From assembly GCA_963205155.1 (NCBI GenBank), contig CAUJJY010000325.1, forward strand, positions 1-38,590: a DNA stretch of 38,590 nt, written 5' to 3'. This stretch comes from Candidatus Zixiibacteriota bacterium (GTDB lineage: Bacteria > Zixibacteria > MSB-5A5 > CAIYYT01). Numbering within the stretch: the stretch's first letter is position 1; the number at the start of each line of letters is the position of its first letter. Under the pieces are notes generated by a model, which saw nothing but the letters and a program-made list of their open reading frames with translations, was not told the origin of the DNA and did no database searches. Below are positions 1 through 7,379 of this stretch, piece by piece. The translations under genes were made by a program, and so were the position numbers.

Positions 1-219
1 CACTCCGTTGGGAAACTCAACTCCGATCATTGGATCGTGTGGATAGGTCTGTCCGCAGCCACAATTGTAATTGAAATATGTAACATACCCAACTCGCTTC
101 AGAAAAGCCTTATCGAACGTTTCATCAGTACCTTTTACAACCTGTACACGGGCGCCAATCAGATATGGTGCACCGTCTACATCTTCAAGAGTATTTTTCT
201 GTCGCATTCGAATTTTCAT
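1..219 (-). CDS. hypothetical protein, N-terminal part only (runs off the left edge)
   Basis: Not in the ORF track because the window edge truncates it. The frame is open from ATG at 219 (or 207) to base 1: M(KIRM)RQKNTLEDVDGAPYLIGARVQVVKGTDETFDKAFLKRVGYVTYFNYNCGCGQTYPHDPMIGVEFPNGV. Its start overlaps the 3' end of the DpnI-like gene by 23-35 nt. No family recognised. Confidence 0.3.
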   Translation of the reverse strand, partial: MKIRMRQKNTLEDVDGAPYLIGARVQVVKGTDETFDKAFLKRVGYVTYFNYNCGCGQTYPHDPMIGVEFPNGV

Positions 220-985
220 TGCGATGTGTATACCTTCCTCTACCCATAAACTCAACGAATCCCAAGTCCCTTAGCATCTGGAGCTGTTGTCTTATCTTTG
301 CAAGTACGTTTTTGTTTTGTGGGTGCATAGTGCTTAAAAGTGGCTCAAAGCGGTAGACGTCCTGTAGTGTAAAATCAGCCTTCTTAATCTTCCGTACGCA
401 GTTCAAAACGTCAATCAGCCAAGTCCTTTGCTTGGCGACAACACTCTGTAATTTGCTGATTCGCGCAAAATCGAGGCGGACAATTGGTGCCGGAACTATC
501 ATCGACTGTTGAACAATCGGAATCACCAGCTCTTTTGGTATGTTACTCAAAACTATGTTGCAGCCCACCCAGCCTGCACGGCGTGCAGTTGGTCGAAGCG
601 GTTGCCTCTTCTCAATGGCCGAAACGGGAAACGAGAATCCTGGAATTAGGAACAGGTTTTCAACGGCGTTAGATACGACTCCATAGTGAAGAACAAAAAG
701 ATGTGGGCACCGGTTTTCAAGGATTGCTGCAACCATCGAATCGTAGGCTGCGTCTGCAATTTTGTGGCCAATTGGCCGCGAAGATGCCTTCAATTGAAAA
801 ATGCCTGTGCAATCATTGCACCAATAATCATAGACCGGGGTATTATTGGGAGATTTCTGCAGAGAGTTACTGGTACACGATGGACAATAGAGATTAGTCA
901 ATCCCCAATGTTCTGTGATTACGCGTGATTGCTGCGCCTTACTGCTATAGGCCATTCCTAGGGACCTGTCGAGAATTAGATGCAA
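185..985 (-). CDS. DpnI-family (Dam-replacing family) methyl-directed type II restriction endonuclease
   Basis: 266-aa ORF. It carries ITEHW..YCPSC...DYWCNDC..FQLK, then PTARRAGWVGCNI, and a C-terminal winged-helix-like tail IRQQLQMLRDLGFVEFMGRGRY. These match my recollection of S. pneumoniae DpnI along the whole length. Confidence 0.8.
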   Translation of the reverse strand: MHLILDRSLGMAYSSKAQQSRVITEHWGLTNLYCPSCTSNSLQKSPNNTPVYDYWCNDCTGIFQLKASSRPIGHKIADAAYDSMVAAILENRCPHLFVLHYGVVSNAVENLFLIPGFSFPVSAIEKRQPLRPTARRAGWVGCNIVLSNIPKELVIPIVQQSMIVPAPIVRLDFARISKLQSVVAKQRTWLIDVLNCVRKIKKADFTLQDVYRFEPLLSTMHPQNKNVLAKIRQQLQMLRDLGFVEFMGRGRYTHRNENSNATEKYS

Positions 986-1147
986 ATTGGCTCTCCGCTT
1001 TTTTGGTTACCTTGACTACAAGATAGTGAGTTGATTCTTTCTCAGATAGAAAAATGTGCACAATTATGTTTGAAGTGAAACCTCACAAACGCCAGAACTG
1101 GATTTCGGCTTTCCAAAAGGAGATCGTTCTGCTATGTTTAGTGCGTT

Positions 1148-1972
1148 ATGACTAATCCTAAATCGTCCACCTTCCCCGCCCTCCACGCCTCCGGCTGCTT
1201 CATTATCCCCAATCCGTGGGATATCGGCTCGGCGAAGATTCTCCACCATCTCGGTTTCAAAGCCCTCGCCACAACTTCGGCCGGATTCGCCTTCTCCCGC
1301 GGTCTGCCTGATGAGGCAACGGCGCTGTCGCTAACCGACGTTCTCGCCCACATCAAAGAAATCGTCGAGGCCACACCGCTTCCCGTCAACGCCGACTTTC
1401 AATCCGGCTATGCGGATGATCTGGAAACGCTCGCCCGCAATGTCACACTCTGCGTCCAGACCGGCGTCGCCGGACTTTCCATCGAAGACGCTACCGGCGA
1501 CGACGCTTCGCCGCTCTATGATCGTGCCATTGCCATCGAACGCATCCGCATCGCCCGCAAAGCCATCGATGCCACCGGCACCGGCGTCCTGTTGACTGCC
1601 CGCTGCGAGGCGTTCCTCGTCGGCGACCCGGATGCCGAACGCGTAGCTCTTGACCGTCTGGTCGCCTTCGCCGAAGCCGGCGCCGACTGCCTCTATGCGC
1701 CCCGAGTCACCAGCGCAGAAACGATCAGTCGCATCGTCAAAGCTGTCGCGCCCAAACCGGTCAATGTGCTGATGGTATCACCAGTGCCCGGTCTGATATT
1801 CTCCCGCCTTGCCGATCTCGGTGTCCGCCGCATCTCGGTCGGTTCAGCGCTGTCGCGGGTCGCATTGGGAGCCTTCATGCGCGCAGCCTCGGACATCCTC
1901 AAAACCGGTACATTCGACTCCCTCGCCGATTCCGCCCCCTTCAAAGACCTCAACGACATATTCACCCGGTAG
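1148..1972 (+). CDS. isocitrate lyase / PEP mutase superfamily protein (2-methylisocitrate lyase-like)
   Basis: 274 aa. FIIPNPWDIGSAKIL, ATTSAGFA, PVNADFQSGYA and GLSIED are typical of the ICL/PEPM fold. The TAG stop at 1970-1972 lies inside the REP doublet. Confidence 0.85.
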   Translation: MTNPKSSTFPALHASGCFIIPNPWDIGSAKILHHLGFKALATTSAGFAFSRGLPDEATALSLTDVLAHIKEIVEATPLPVNADFQSGYADDLETLARNVTLCVQTGVAGLSIEDATGDDASPLYDRAIAIERIRIARKAIDATGTGVLLTARCEAFLVGDPDAERVALDRLVAFAEAGADCLYAPRVTSAETISRIVKAVAPKPVNVLMVSPVPGLIFSRLADLGVRRISVGSALSRVALGAFMRAASDILKTGTFDSLADSAPFKDLNDIFTR

Positions 1973-2039
1973 GACAGACATTCTTGTCTGTCGGCTTCCC
2001 CTTTGATCCACCATGTCAGACAGTAATGTCTGACCTACC
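1968..2039. repeat. REP doublet (REPIN-like), solo copy E1
   Basis: GGTAGGACAGACATTCTTGTCTGTC (1968-1992) is an 8-bp stem with a 4-nt loop. It is followed by a TTCCCCTT spacer and the inverted unit GTCAGACAGTAATGTCTGACCTACC (2015-2039). The same architecture occurs four more times near 33.8-34.7 kb. Confidence 0.85.
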
Positions 2040-2176
2040 AACCACTCGCTTCCAATGACGCTTGCCCGTTAAATTCCCCTCTAGAGAGGGGTGGCTCACG
2101 TCCGACGAAGGAGGACGTGAGACGGGGTGTGTCGTCCCCCTTGACACCCCATCCAAAAACACATTAAATTCCCCCC

Positions 2177-2656
2177 ATGAAACCGACACCACTCATCGAA
2201 GCCGACCCGGTGCATGTCGCCTCGGTCAGCGCCATCATCAAGGCACTTTATGATTCGATCTCGTTCAAACAGGGCGATACCGCCGACTGGAAGAAAATGC
2301 GCTCCCTCTTCATTCCCGACGGTCGTTTGCTCATTCCCAAACGCGCCACCACCGACTCGATTTCGCTAACCACGGAGCAATTTGTCGAGCGCGGCAAGAT
2401 CGTCTTCGCCAACGAGACCTTCGCCGGCAAAGGATTCCGCGAAACCGAAATCGCCCGCCGCGAGGAGGCTTTCGGCTTCATCCGTCACATCTTCAGCGCC
2501 TACGAGGCCGTCCTCTCCGACATCGACGACATCGTCATCGGCCGCGGTATCAACAGCATCCAACTCCTGTGGGAAAGCGACCGCTGGTGGATTGTCTCGA
2601 TGGTCTGGGATGACGAACGCCCCGACAATCCCATGCCCGACTGGGCAAATCCGTGA
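2177..2656 (+). CDS. hypothetical protein, possibly NTF2/SnoaL-like fold
   Basis: 159-aa ORF in a good coding context. It is coupled to the next gene by a GTGA overlap. The fold guess rests only on size and the W-rich C-terminal strand pattern (WESDRWWIVSMVWD). Confidence 0.6.
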   Translation: MKPTPLIEADPVHVASVSAIIKALYDSISFKQGDTADWKKMRSLFIPDGRLLIPKRATTDSISLTTEQFVERGKIVFANETFAGKGFRETEIARREEAFGFIRHIFSAYEAVLSDIDDIVIGRGINSIQLLWESDRWWIVSMVWDDERPDNPMPDWANP

Positions 2657-3048
2657 TCAGCGCGCTCTTCATCCTCTATGTCGCCGATCAGGAGAAGAGC
2701 ACCCATTTCTATTCTCGCATTCTTGATCGCGCCCCGGATCTCGACGTCCCCGGAATGACCGAATTCAAATTGAACAACGGCAGTACTCTCGGCCTGATGC
2801 CCGCAACCGGGATCAAACGGCTTCTGGGCGACCGGCTTCCGAATCCAGCCGATGCCAACGGCATCCCGCGAGCGGAATTATATCTCACCTTACCCGATGC
2901 GGACTCTTTTCATCAACGTGCACTTGCCGCCGGCGCAGTAGAGCTAAGTGCAATGCAACTCCGCCCCTGGGGACATCGTGTCGCCTACAGCCTCGACCCC
3001 GATGGTCACGTCCTCGCCTTCTGCGAGGATCAGGCGGCCACCTTGTAA
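2653..3048 (+). CDS. VOC family protein (glyoxalase/bleomycin-resistance/dioxygenase fold)
   Basis: 131 aa. The pattern FILYVADQEKSTHFYSRIL ... AELYLTLPD ... PWGHRVAYSLDPDGHVLAF is typical of small VOC proteins. Confidence 0.8.
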   Translation: MISALFILYVADQEKSTHFYSRILDRAPDLDVPGMTEFKLNNGSTLGLMPATGIKRLLGDRLPNPADANGIPRAELYLTLPDADSFHQRALAAGAVELSAMQLRPWGHRVAYSLDPDGHVLAFCEDQAATL

Positions 3049-3103
3049 ACAGCCATTCATACCGCAACAAACTTCATCGCGCGAACATCGTATTCCTTTT
3101 CAA

Positions 3104-3643
3104 ATGAATGAGATTCTGATCAGCCGGTTGCTCGCTCAACGGCAGAAACTTCTAGCGTTCATCCGCAAGAAAGTTGCCGATGCCGACGCCGCCGAAGATA
3201 TCCTGCAGGACAGCCTCGCCAAAGCGCTGAAATCTGCCGGCGAAATTCGCGACGACGAGCGGTTCATCTCTTGGTTCTACTCCATCCTCAACAATGCCAT
3301 TATCGACTTCTATCGCCACCGCGCCGTTGAGGCTCGACACATCGAGACTTCGGACTATCAGGCCGACTCGCTCGCGGCACCTGATCAAAGCGAGGAAAGC
3401 GAACTCTGTGAGTGCTTCCGTGATTTGCTCCCCGCGCTGAAACCCGATTACGCCGAACTCATTGAAAAGCTCGAACTTGCTGATGGCGACCCCGCGACGC
3501 TCGCAAACCAGCTCGGAACCAACATCAACAATCTCAAGGTCCGCCGCCATCGCGCCAGGCAGGCCCTGCGCGAGCGCCTTGAGGAGACCTGCCGCACCTG
3601 TGCCAAGCACGGTTGTCTCGACTGCACCTGTTCGCGCAATTAG
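3104..3643 (+). CDS. ECF-type RNA polymerase sigma-70 family factor with Cys-rich C-terminal extension (CorE-like)
   Basis: Region 2 (EDILQDSLAKAL, FISWFYSILNNAIIDFYRHR) and region 4 (DYAELIEKLEL..LANQLGTNINNLKVRRHRARQALRERL) are present. The tail reads CRTCAKHGCLDCTC, and a CEC sits in the linker. I prefer the start at ATG 3104 because the track start at 2948 overlaps the preceding VOC gene. Confidence 0.85.
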   Translation: MNEILISRLLAQRQKLLAFIRKKVADADAAEDILQDSLAKALKSAGEIRDDERFISWFYSILNNAIIDFYRHRAVEARHIETSDYQADSLAAPDQSEESELCECFRDLLPALKPDYAELIEKLELADGDPATLANQLGTNINNLKVRRHRARQALRERLEETCRTCAKHGCLDCTCSRN

Positions 3644-3693
3644 CGCGATCAACTGGAAATCTCTTTTTCCACAAAATATCAGAATTGCGGTGT

Positions 3694-3715
3694 AACCTTT
3701 TCATAGGTCTCCGTC
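3694..3715 (+). promoter_or_regulatory. candidate ECF-type promoter (AAC-N15-CGTC)
   Basis: GTAACC (AAC at 3694-3696), then 15 nt, then CGTCTC (3712-3717), about 60 nt upstream of the membrane-protein ATG. The spacing is 1-2 nt shorter than the usual AAC-N16/17-CGT. Confidence 0.2.
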
Positions 3716-3778
3716 TCAACTTGTGCGGTCAAAAATCTTGGTCGCTTGAAACTGGAAACTAAAGACGGAGGTACTCAT

Positions 3779-4264
3779 ATGAATCACGCAATGCACCACG
3801 GACATCAGATGTCAACACCCGCGTCTCTAAATCGACTCGCCTTAAGCGCCACCATTCACTGTTTGACCGGTTGTGCGATCGGTGAAGTCCTGGGGATGCT
3901 GATCGGCATGTCTCTCGGCTGGGGCACCTGGTCAACAATAGCCCTTTCTGTCGCACTCGCTTTCTTCTTCGGTTACGGCCTTACCTTGGTACCGCTGTTG
4001 CGTTCCGGCATGGCCGTCGGATCGGCTCTGCTTCTCGCATTAGCATCCGATACCGTATCGATCACCATCATGGAAATCATCGACAATGCCGTGATGTTGA
4101 TCATTCCCGGCGCTATGACCGCCGGCCCGCTGTCCGGCCTGTTCTGGGCAAGCATGATCTCCTCGCTTTTGCTGGCCGGTGCCGCCGCTTATCCGGTAAA
4201 TCGTTGGCTCATCCGACGCGGACGCGGCCATGCTGTTGTCCATTCGGCTCACGCCCATCACTAG
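3779..4264 (+). CDS. integral membrane protein with His-rich termini (DUF4396-like)
   Basis: A GGAGG sits 7 nt before ATG 3779. The N-terminus reads MNHAMHHGHQM and the C-terminus GHAVVHSAHAHH. It has about 4 TM segments and the conserved-looking IHCLTGCAIGE motif. Confidence 0.75.
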   Translation: MNHAMHHGHQMSTPASLNRLALSATIHCLTGCAIGEVLGMLIGMSLGWGTWSTIALSVALAFFFGYGLTLVPLLRSGMAVGSALLLALASDTVSITIMEIIDNAVMLIIPGAMTAGPLSGLFWASMISSLLLAGAAAYPVNRWLIRRGRGHAVVHSAHAHH

Positions 4265-4274
4265 AATCCACTCC

Positions 4275-4300
4275 GGTGGCGCTCCAAATTGAGCGCCACC
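4275..4300 (+). terminator. GC-rich hairpin after the membrane-protein gene
   Basis: GGTGGCGCTC-caaatt-GAGCGCCACC is a perfect 10-bp stem starting 11 nt after the stop. The T-tract is not immediate (..CATATTTCATCGAATTTTTAT). Confidence 0.45.
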
Positions 4301-4372
4301 CTCCACATATTTCATCGAATTTTTATAGACAAATCTCTCGTTGGCTCGTTTTACTTGCGGAAGGAGTCAAAT

Positions 4373-5257
4373 ATGATTCAAGTCGCTTACAGGGTGGCGG
4401 CTATCGCGCTTCTTGGCTTGCTCTCTCTCCAATGCTCCGATCCACCCAACACACAGGAAATCTTTTACGCCGACCTCGGCGCAACGTTTGAACTTGCAGT
4501 TCAGCAGACGGCAATAATCAAAGAGGCCGACCTTAGCATCAGTATGTCCACCATGCTGAACGACACTCGGTGCAGCGGGGAACTCGGTTGCATTCACCCC
4601 GGCTTCGTCGAAATTGAACTGTACGTCAATTCCGGATTAGCGGGTGGTGAACATCTGGTCCTGGGAAAGTATGGATTGTCGTGGACCGGCGAAGCGGGCG
4701 CACTTGCAAAAACCTGGAATGGATACAATTTCGAGCTTCACGCTGTACGACCCGATCCTTACGAGTTAGTCTTCTACAAATCCACCACGTCTCCTCTACC
4801 GCCCTGGCGTATCACGCTGCGCGTTGTCGAGGAATCGCCAAAACCCGCTCTGGTAGAACCGGTGACACCCGTCTCGATTCTCCCAACTCTATTAACTCTC
4901 GACCCGTTTGACCTGGACAGCGTTGCCATCGTTGCCGACACGTTGTTCGTCCACATTGCACACGGCGGTGGCTGCAAGAACCATTACTATTTCATGTACA
5001 TGTCCCCGGGTGAATTCGCCGAATCAAATCCGGTGCAGGCCAGTCTCTACTTGCGCCACGACGACAATGATGACACCTGTCGCAAAGATTGTCAGGACGA
5101 ACGCTGCTGGGTTACAACTACTCTGCGATTTGAATTGACTGGGATTAAGGCTCTCCATCAAGCAGCCTACGGCACACCCGGCCCGATCTTGCTCAACGTA
5201 TATGATTATTTCACCGATTCTCCCGGTGAAAAAGTGCAGATCTTGTACAGCCCTTAG
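4373..5257 (+). CDS. secreted/lipoprotein-like hypothetical protein, Cys-rich C-terminal half
   Basis: GGAGTC sits before ATG 4373. The signal-like N-terminus is MIQVAYRVAAIALLGLLSLQC. The track's longer start (4289) would run through the upstream terminator hairpin. No family recognised. Confidence 0.65.
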   Translation: MIQVAYRVAAIALLGLLSLQCSDPPNTQEIFYADLGATFELAVQQTAIIKEADLSISMSTMLNDTRCSGELGCIHPGFVEIELYVNSGLAGGEHLVLGKYGLSWTGEAGALAKTWNGYNFELHAVRPDPYELVFYKSTTSPLPPWRITLRVVEESPKPALVEPVTPVSILPTLLTLDPFDLDSVAIVADTLFVHIAHGGGCKNHYYFMYMSPGEFAESNPVQASLYLRHDDNDDTCRKDCQDERCWVTTTLRFELTGIKALHQAAYGTPGPILLNVYDYFTDSPGEKVQILYSP

Positions 5258-5338
5258 CCACTTTTGTTAACAATTCGAGGTCAAGTAGTTATAGATTCCC
5301 GCTTGCGTTAATATTGCCAACATCGCAATAATACATGC

Positions 5339-6328
5339 ATGGAATTGAAAAACTGCTCCGTCCTCGTTACCGGCGCCGCCGGTTTTATCGGCAGTCATCT
5401 TGTCGAAGCTCTCATCTCCAAAGGCGCGAATGTACGCGCCTTTATTCGTTATAACTCGCGTTCCGATCGCGGCTGGCTCGAGACTCTGCCGACGAAGACT
5501 ACCGAACAATTCGCGGTCATTGCCGGAGATATCAAGGACTCCGATGCCGTCCGCAATGTCATCAAAGGTTGTGATATCGTTTTCCATCTGGCGGCATTAA
5601 TCGGAATACCATATTCGTATATCCATCCGCGCAACTACGTCGATACCAATGTCATCGGAACCACGAATGTACTGACAGCGGCGCTCGATTTTGGCGTTAA
5701 ACGTGTCGTCCACATCTCAACCTCCGAGGTCTATGGCACAGCCCAGTACGTACCCATCGATGAGAAGCACCCTAAGGTCGGCCAGTCGCCCTACTCTGCA
5801 TCCAAGTTATCCGCTGACTTGTTAGCGGACTCATTCCATCGCAGCTTCGGACTGCCGGTCGTCACGATTCGTCCATTTAATACCTACGGACCGCGCCAAT
5901 CGCAACGCGCAGTTATTCCAACAATCATCGCCCAGTTGCTCGCCGGACATGAGCTCAATCTCGGCGCAACCACGCCGACGCGCGACTTCACCTTCGTAAC
6001 CGACACCGCCGCCGGCATGATTCGCGGCGCTGAAGTCGACGAGGCTGTTGGCACGACAATCAACCTCGGCACCGGGAGTGAGATTTCCATCGGTGACTTG
6101 GCGCAATTAATCGCCAAGCTAATTGGAGTCGATCTGAAACTGCATCGTGATTCCACGCGCCTCCGTCCGGGAGATTCCGAAGTGGAACGATTGCTCTCCA
6201 ACAACGCCTTGGCTCAAAGTGTATTAAAGTGGAGGCCCGTAATTGATCTTGAAACAGGGCTGAAGCGCACTATCGACTGGTTTAGAGAAATTCCACCATC
6301 GAAGCGCGCTGGAGAGTATGTCCGTTGA
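5339..6328 (+). CDS. NAD-dependent epimerase/dehydratase (extended SDR)
   Basis: VTGAAGFIGSHL Rossmann motif, SPYSASK catalytic YxxxK, 329 aa. Confidence 0.9.
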   Translation: MELKNCSVLVTGAAGFIGSHLVEALISKGANVRAFIRYNSRSDRGWLETLPTKTTEQFAVIAGDIKDSDAVRNVIKGCDIVFHLAALIGIPYSYIHPRNYVDTNVIGTTNVLTAALDFGVKRVVHISTSEVYGTAQYVPIDEKHPKVGQSPYSASKLSADLLADSFHRSFGLPVVTIRPFNTYGPRQSQRAVIPTIIAQLLAGHELNLGATTPTRDFTFVTDTAAGMIRGAEVDEAVGTTINLGTGSEISIGDLAQLIAKLIGVDLKLHRDSTRLRPGDSEVERLLSNNALAQSVLKWRPVIDLETGLKRTIDWFREIPPSKRAGEYVR

Positions 6329-6428
6329 AATCGACCATACTGTGGCGATAGCTGCATTTCGTGATATCAAGACCCGGTCGCTTGATGTCGATATGAGAAT
6401 AGAACACTTTGCGAGAGGATAAATTCTT

Positions 6429-7379
6429 ATGAGATATTTGGTTACCGGTGGCGCCGGGTTCATTGGTTCGAACATCGCGAAGGCGCTGGTTCATCACGGC
6501 GACAAAGTTCGCATTCTCGACAATTTCTCTACCGGCCGTCGTCAGAACTTGAAAGAGATTGAAAACGACGTCGAAGTCATCGACGGCGACATGTGTGATT
6601 TCTGGGTCGCCCTTGATGCCTGCCGTGATATCGACTTCGTCCTTCATCAGGCCGCGCTCCCTTCAGTCAATCGCTCGGTCGAGAATCCTCTTACCGCTAA
6701 CCATGTCAATATCAACGGCACTCTGAACATGCTTGAATGTGCTCGCCGCAATGGCGTCAAACGTTTCCTCTTCGCATCATCGTCTTCAGTCTATGGAGAC
6801 ACCCCGACCTTACCCAAGAAAGAGGATATGCTTCCCGCGCCCATGTCGCCGTATGCCGTAAACAAGATCACCGGTGAATATTACTTGAGCGTCTATTCCG
6901 ACTTGTATCACATGCCCTGCGTAGCTTTTCGTTATTTCAATGTCTTCGGCCCCAATCAGGACCCCAACAGCCACTACGCCGCCGTCATTCCCAAGTTCAT
7001 CAATGCTCTCCTGGCCGATGAACAGCCAACTATCTTCGGCGACGGGCTCCAGTCGCGCGACTTCACCTACATCGACAATGTCGTTAACGGCATTATTCAC
7101 ACTTGCGAGATGATGACCATCGTCCCCGGTGTCTACAACCTCGCTTGCGGGGGACAGTACACTCTTAACGATTTATTGAAAGTTCTCAACGAGTTGATCG
7201 GCACGAATATCAAGGCTCGTTTTGAGGACGCGCGCCCCGGTGATATCAAACACTCCTTCGCCGATGTGTCCAAGGTCGAACGCGTGTTGGGCATCAAGCC
7301 GACCATCGGGTTCCGTGAGGGACTGGAGAAGACTATCGCATTCTATAAGCGTGAGGCATTGCTGAAGAGCCGTGTCTAA
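6429..7379 (+). CDS. NAD-dependent epimerase/dehydratase (UDP-sugar 4-epimerase-like, WbpP/TviC-type)
   Basis: VTGGAGFIGSNI, SPYAVNKITGE (YxxxK), RYFNVFGP. Confidence 0.9.
   Translation: MRYLVTGGAGFIGSNIAKALVHHGDKVRILDNFSTGRRQNLKEIENDVEVIDGDMCDFWVALDACRDIDFVLHQAALPSVNRSVENPLTANHVNINGTLNMLECARRNGVKRFLFASSSSVYGDTPTLPKKEDMLPAPMSPYAVNKITGEYYLSVYSDLYHMPCVAFRYFNVFGPNQDPNSHYAAVIPKFINALLADEQPTIFGDGLQSRDFTYIDNVVNGIIHTCEMMTIVPGVYNLACGGQYTLNDLLKVLNELIGTNIKARFEDARPGDIKHSFADVSKVERVLGIKPTIGFREGLEKTIAFYKREALLKSRV

Noticed and set aside
1844-2041. 65-aa minus-strand ORF (MVGQTLLSD...MSVLPG); its twin is at 33690-33899
   Set aside because: Both begin inside the right REP unit (MVGQTLLSD is the translated hairpin) and run antisense into well-supported genes. 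The shared peptide reflects the DNA repeat, not a protein family.
2948-3103. Long N-terminal extensions in the track (2948 for the sigma factor, 4289 for the lipoprotein-like protein, 3746 for the membrane protein, 28275 for the serine hydrolase)
   Set aside because: The extensions overlap the upstream gene or a terminator hairpin, lack homology-like sequence, and have better internal ATGs (preceded by GGAGG-type SDs for 3779 and 4373). Shorter starts were chosen.
1148-3650. Apparent GC-rich island (about 60-63% in sampled lines) next to an AT-richer DpnI region (about 43%)
   Set aside because: Hand counts of other lines show the same 43-63% spread in core genes (yidC about 43%, crt about 57%, acyltransferase about 63%). 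I cannot separate an island from normal heterogeneity without a computed sliding-window GC and codon-usage profile.
3152-3652. 166-aa minus-strand ORF antisense to the ECF sigma gene; similar long antisense or alternate-frame ORFs occur at 2382-2726, 11363-11842, 28467-29003, 31047-31709 and 16741-17229
   Set aside because: All lie fully inside genes with clear family signatures. They have low-complexity Ala/Arg/Ser/Gly-rich translations typical of off-frame reading of GC-rich coding DNA, and none has SD or start support.
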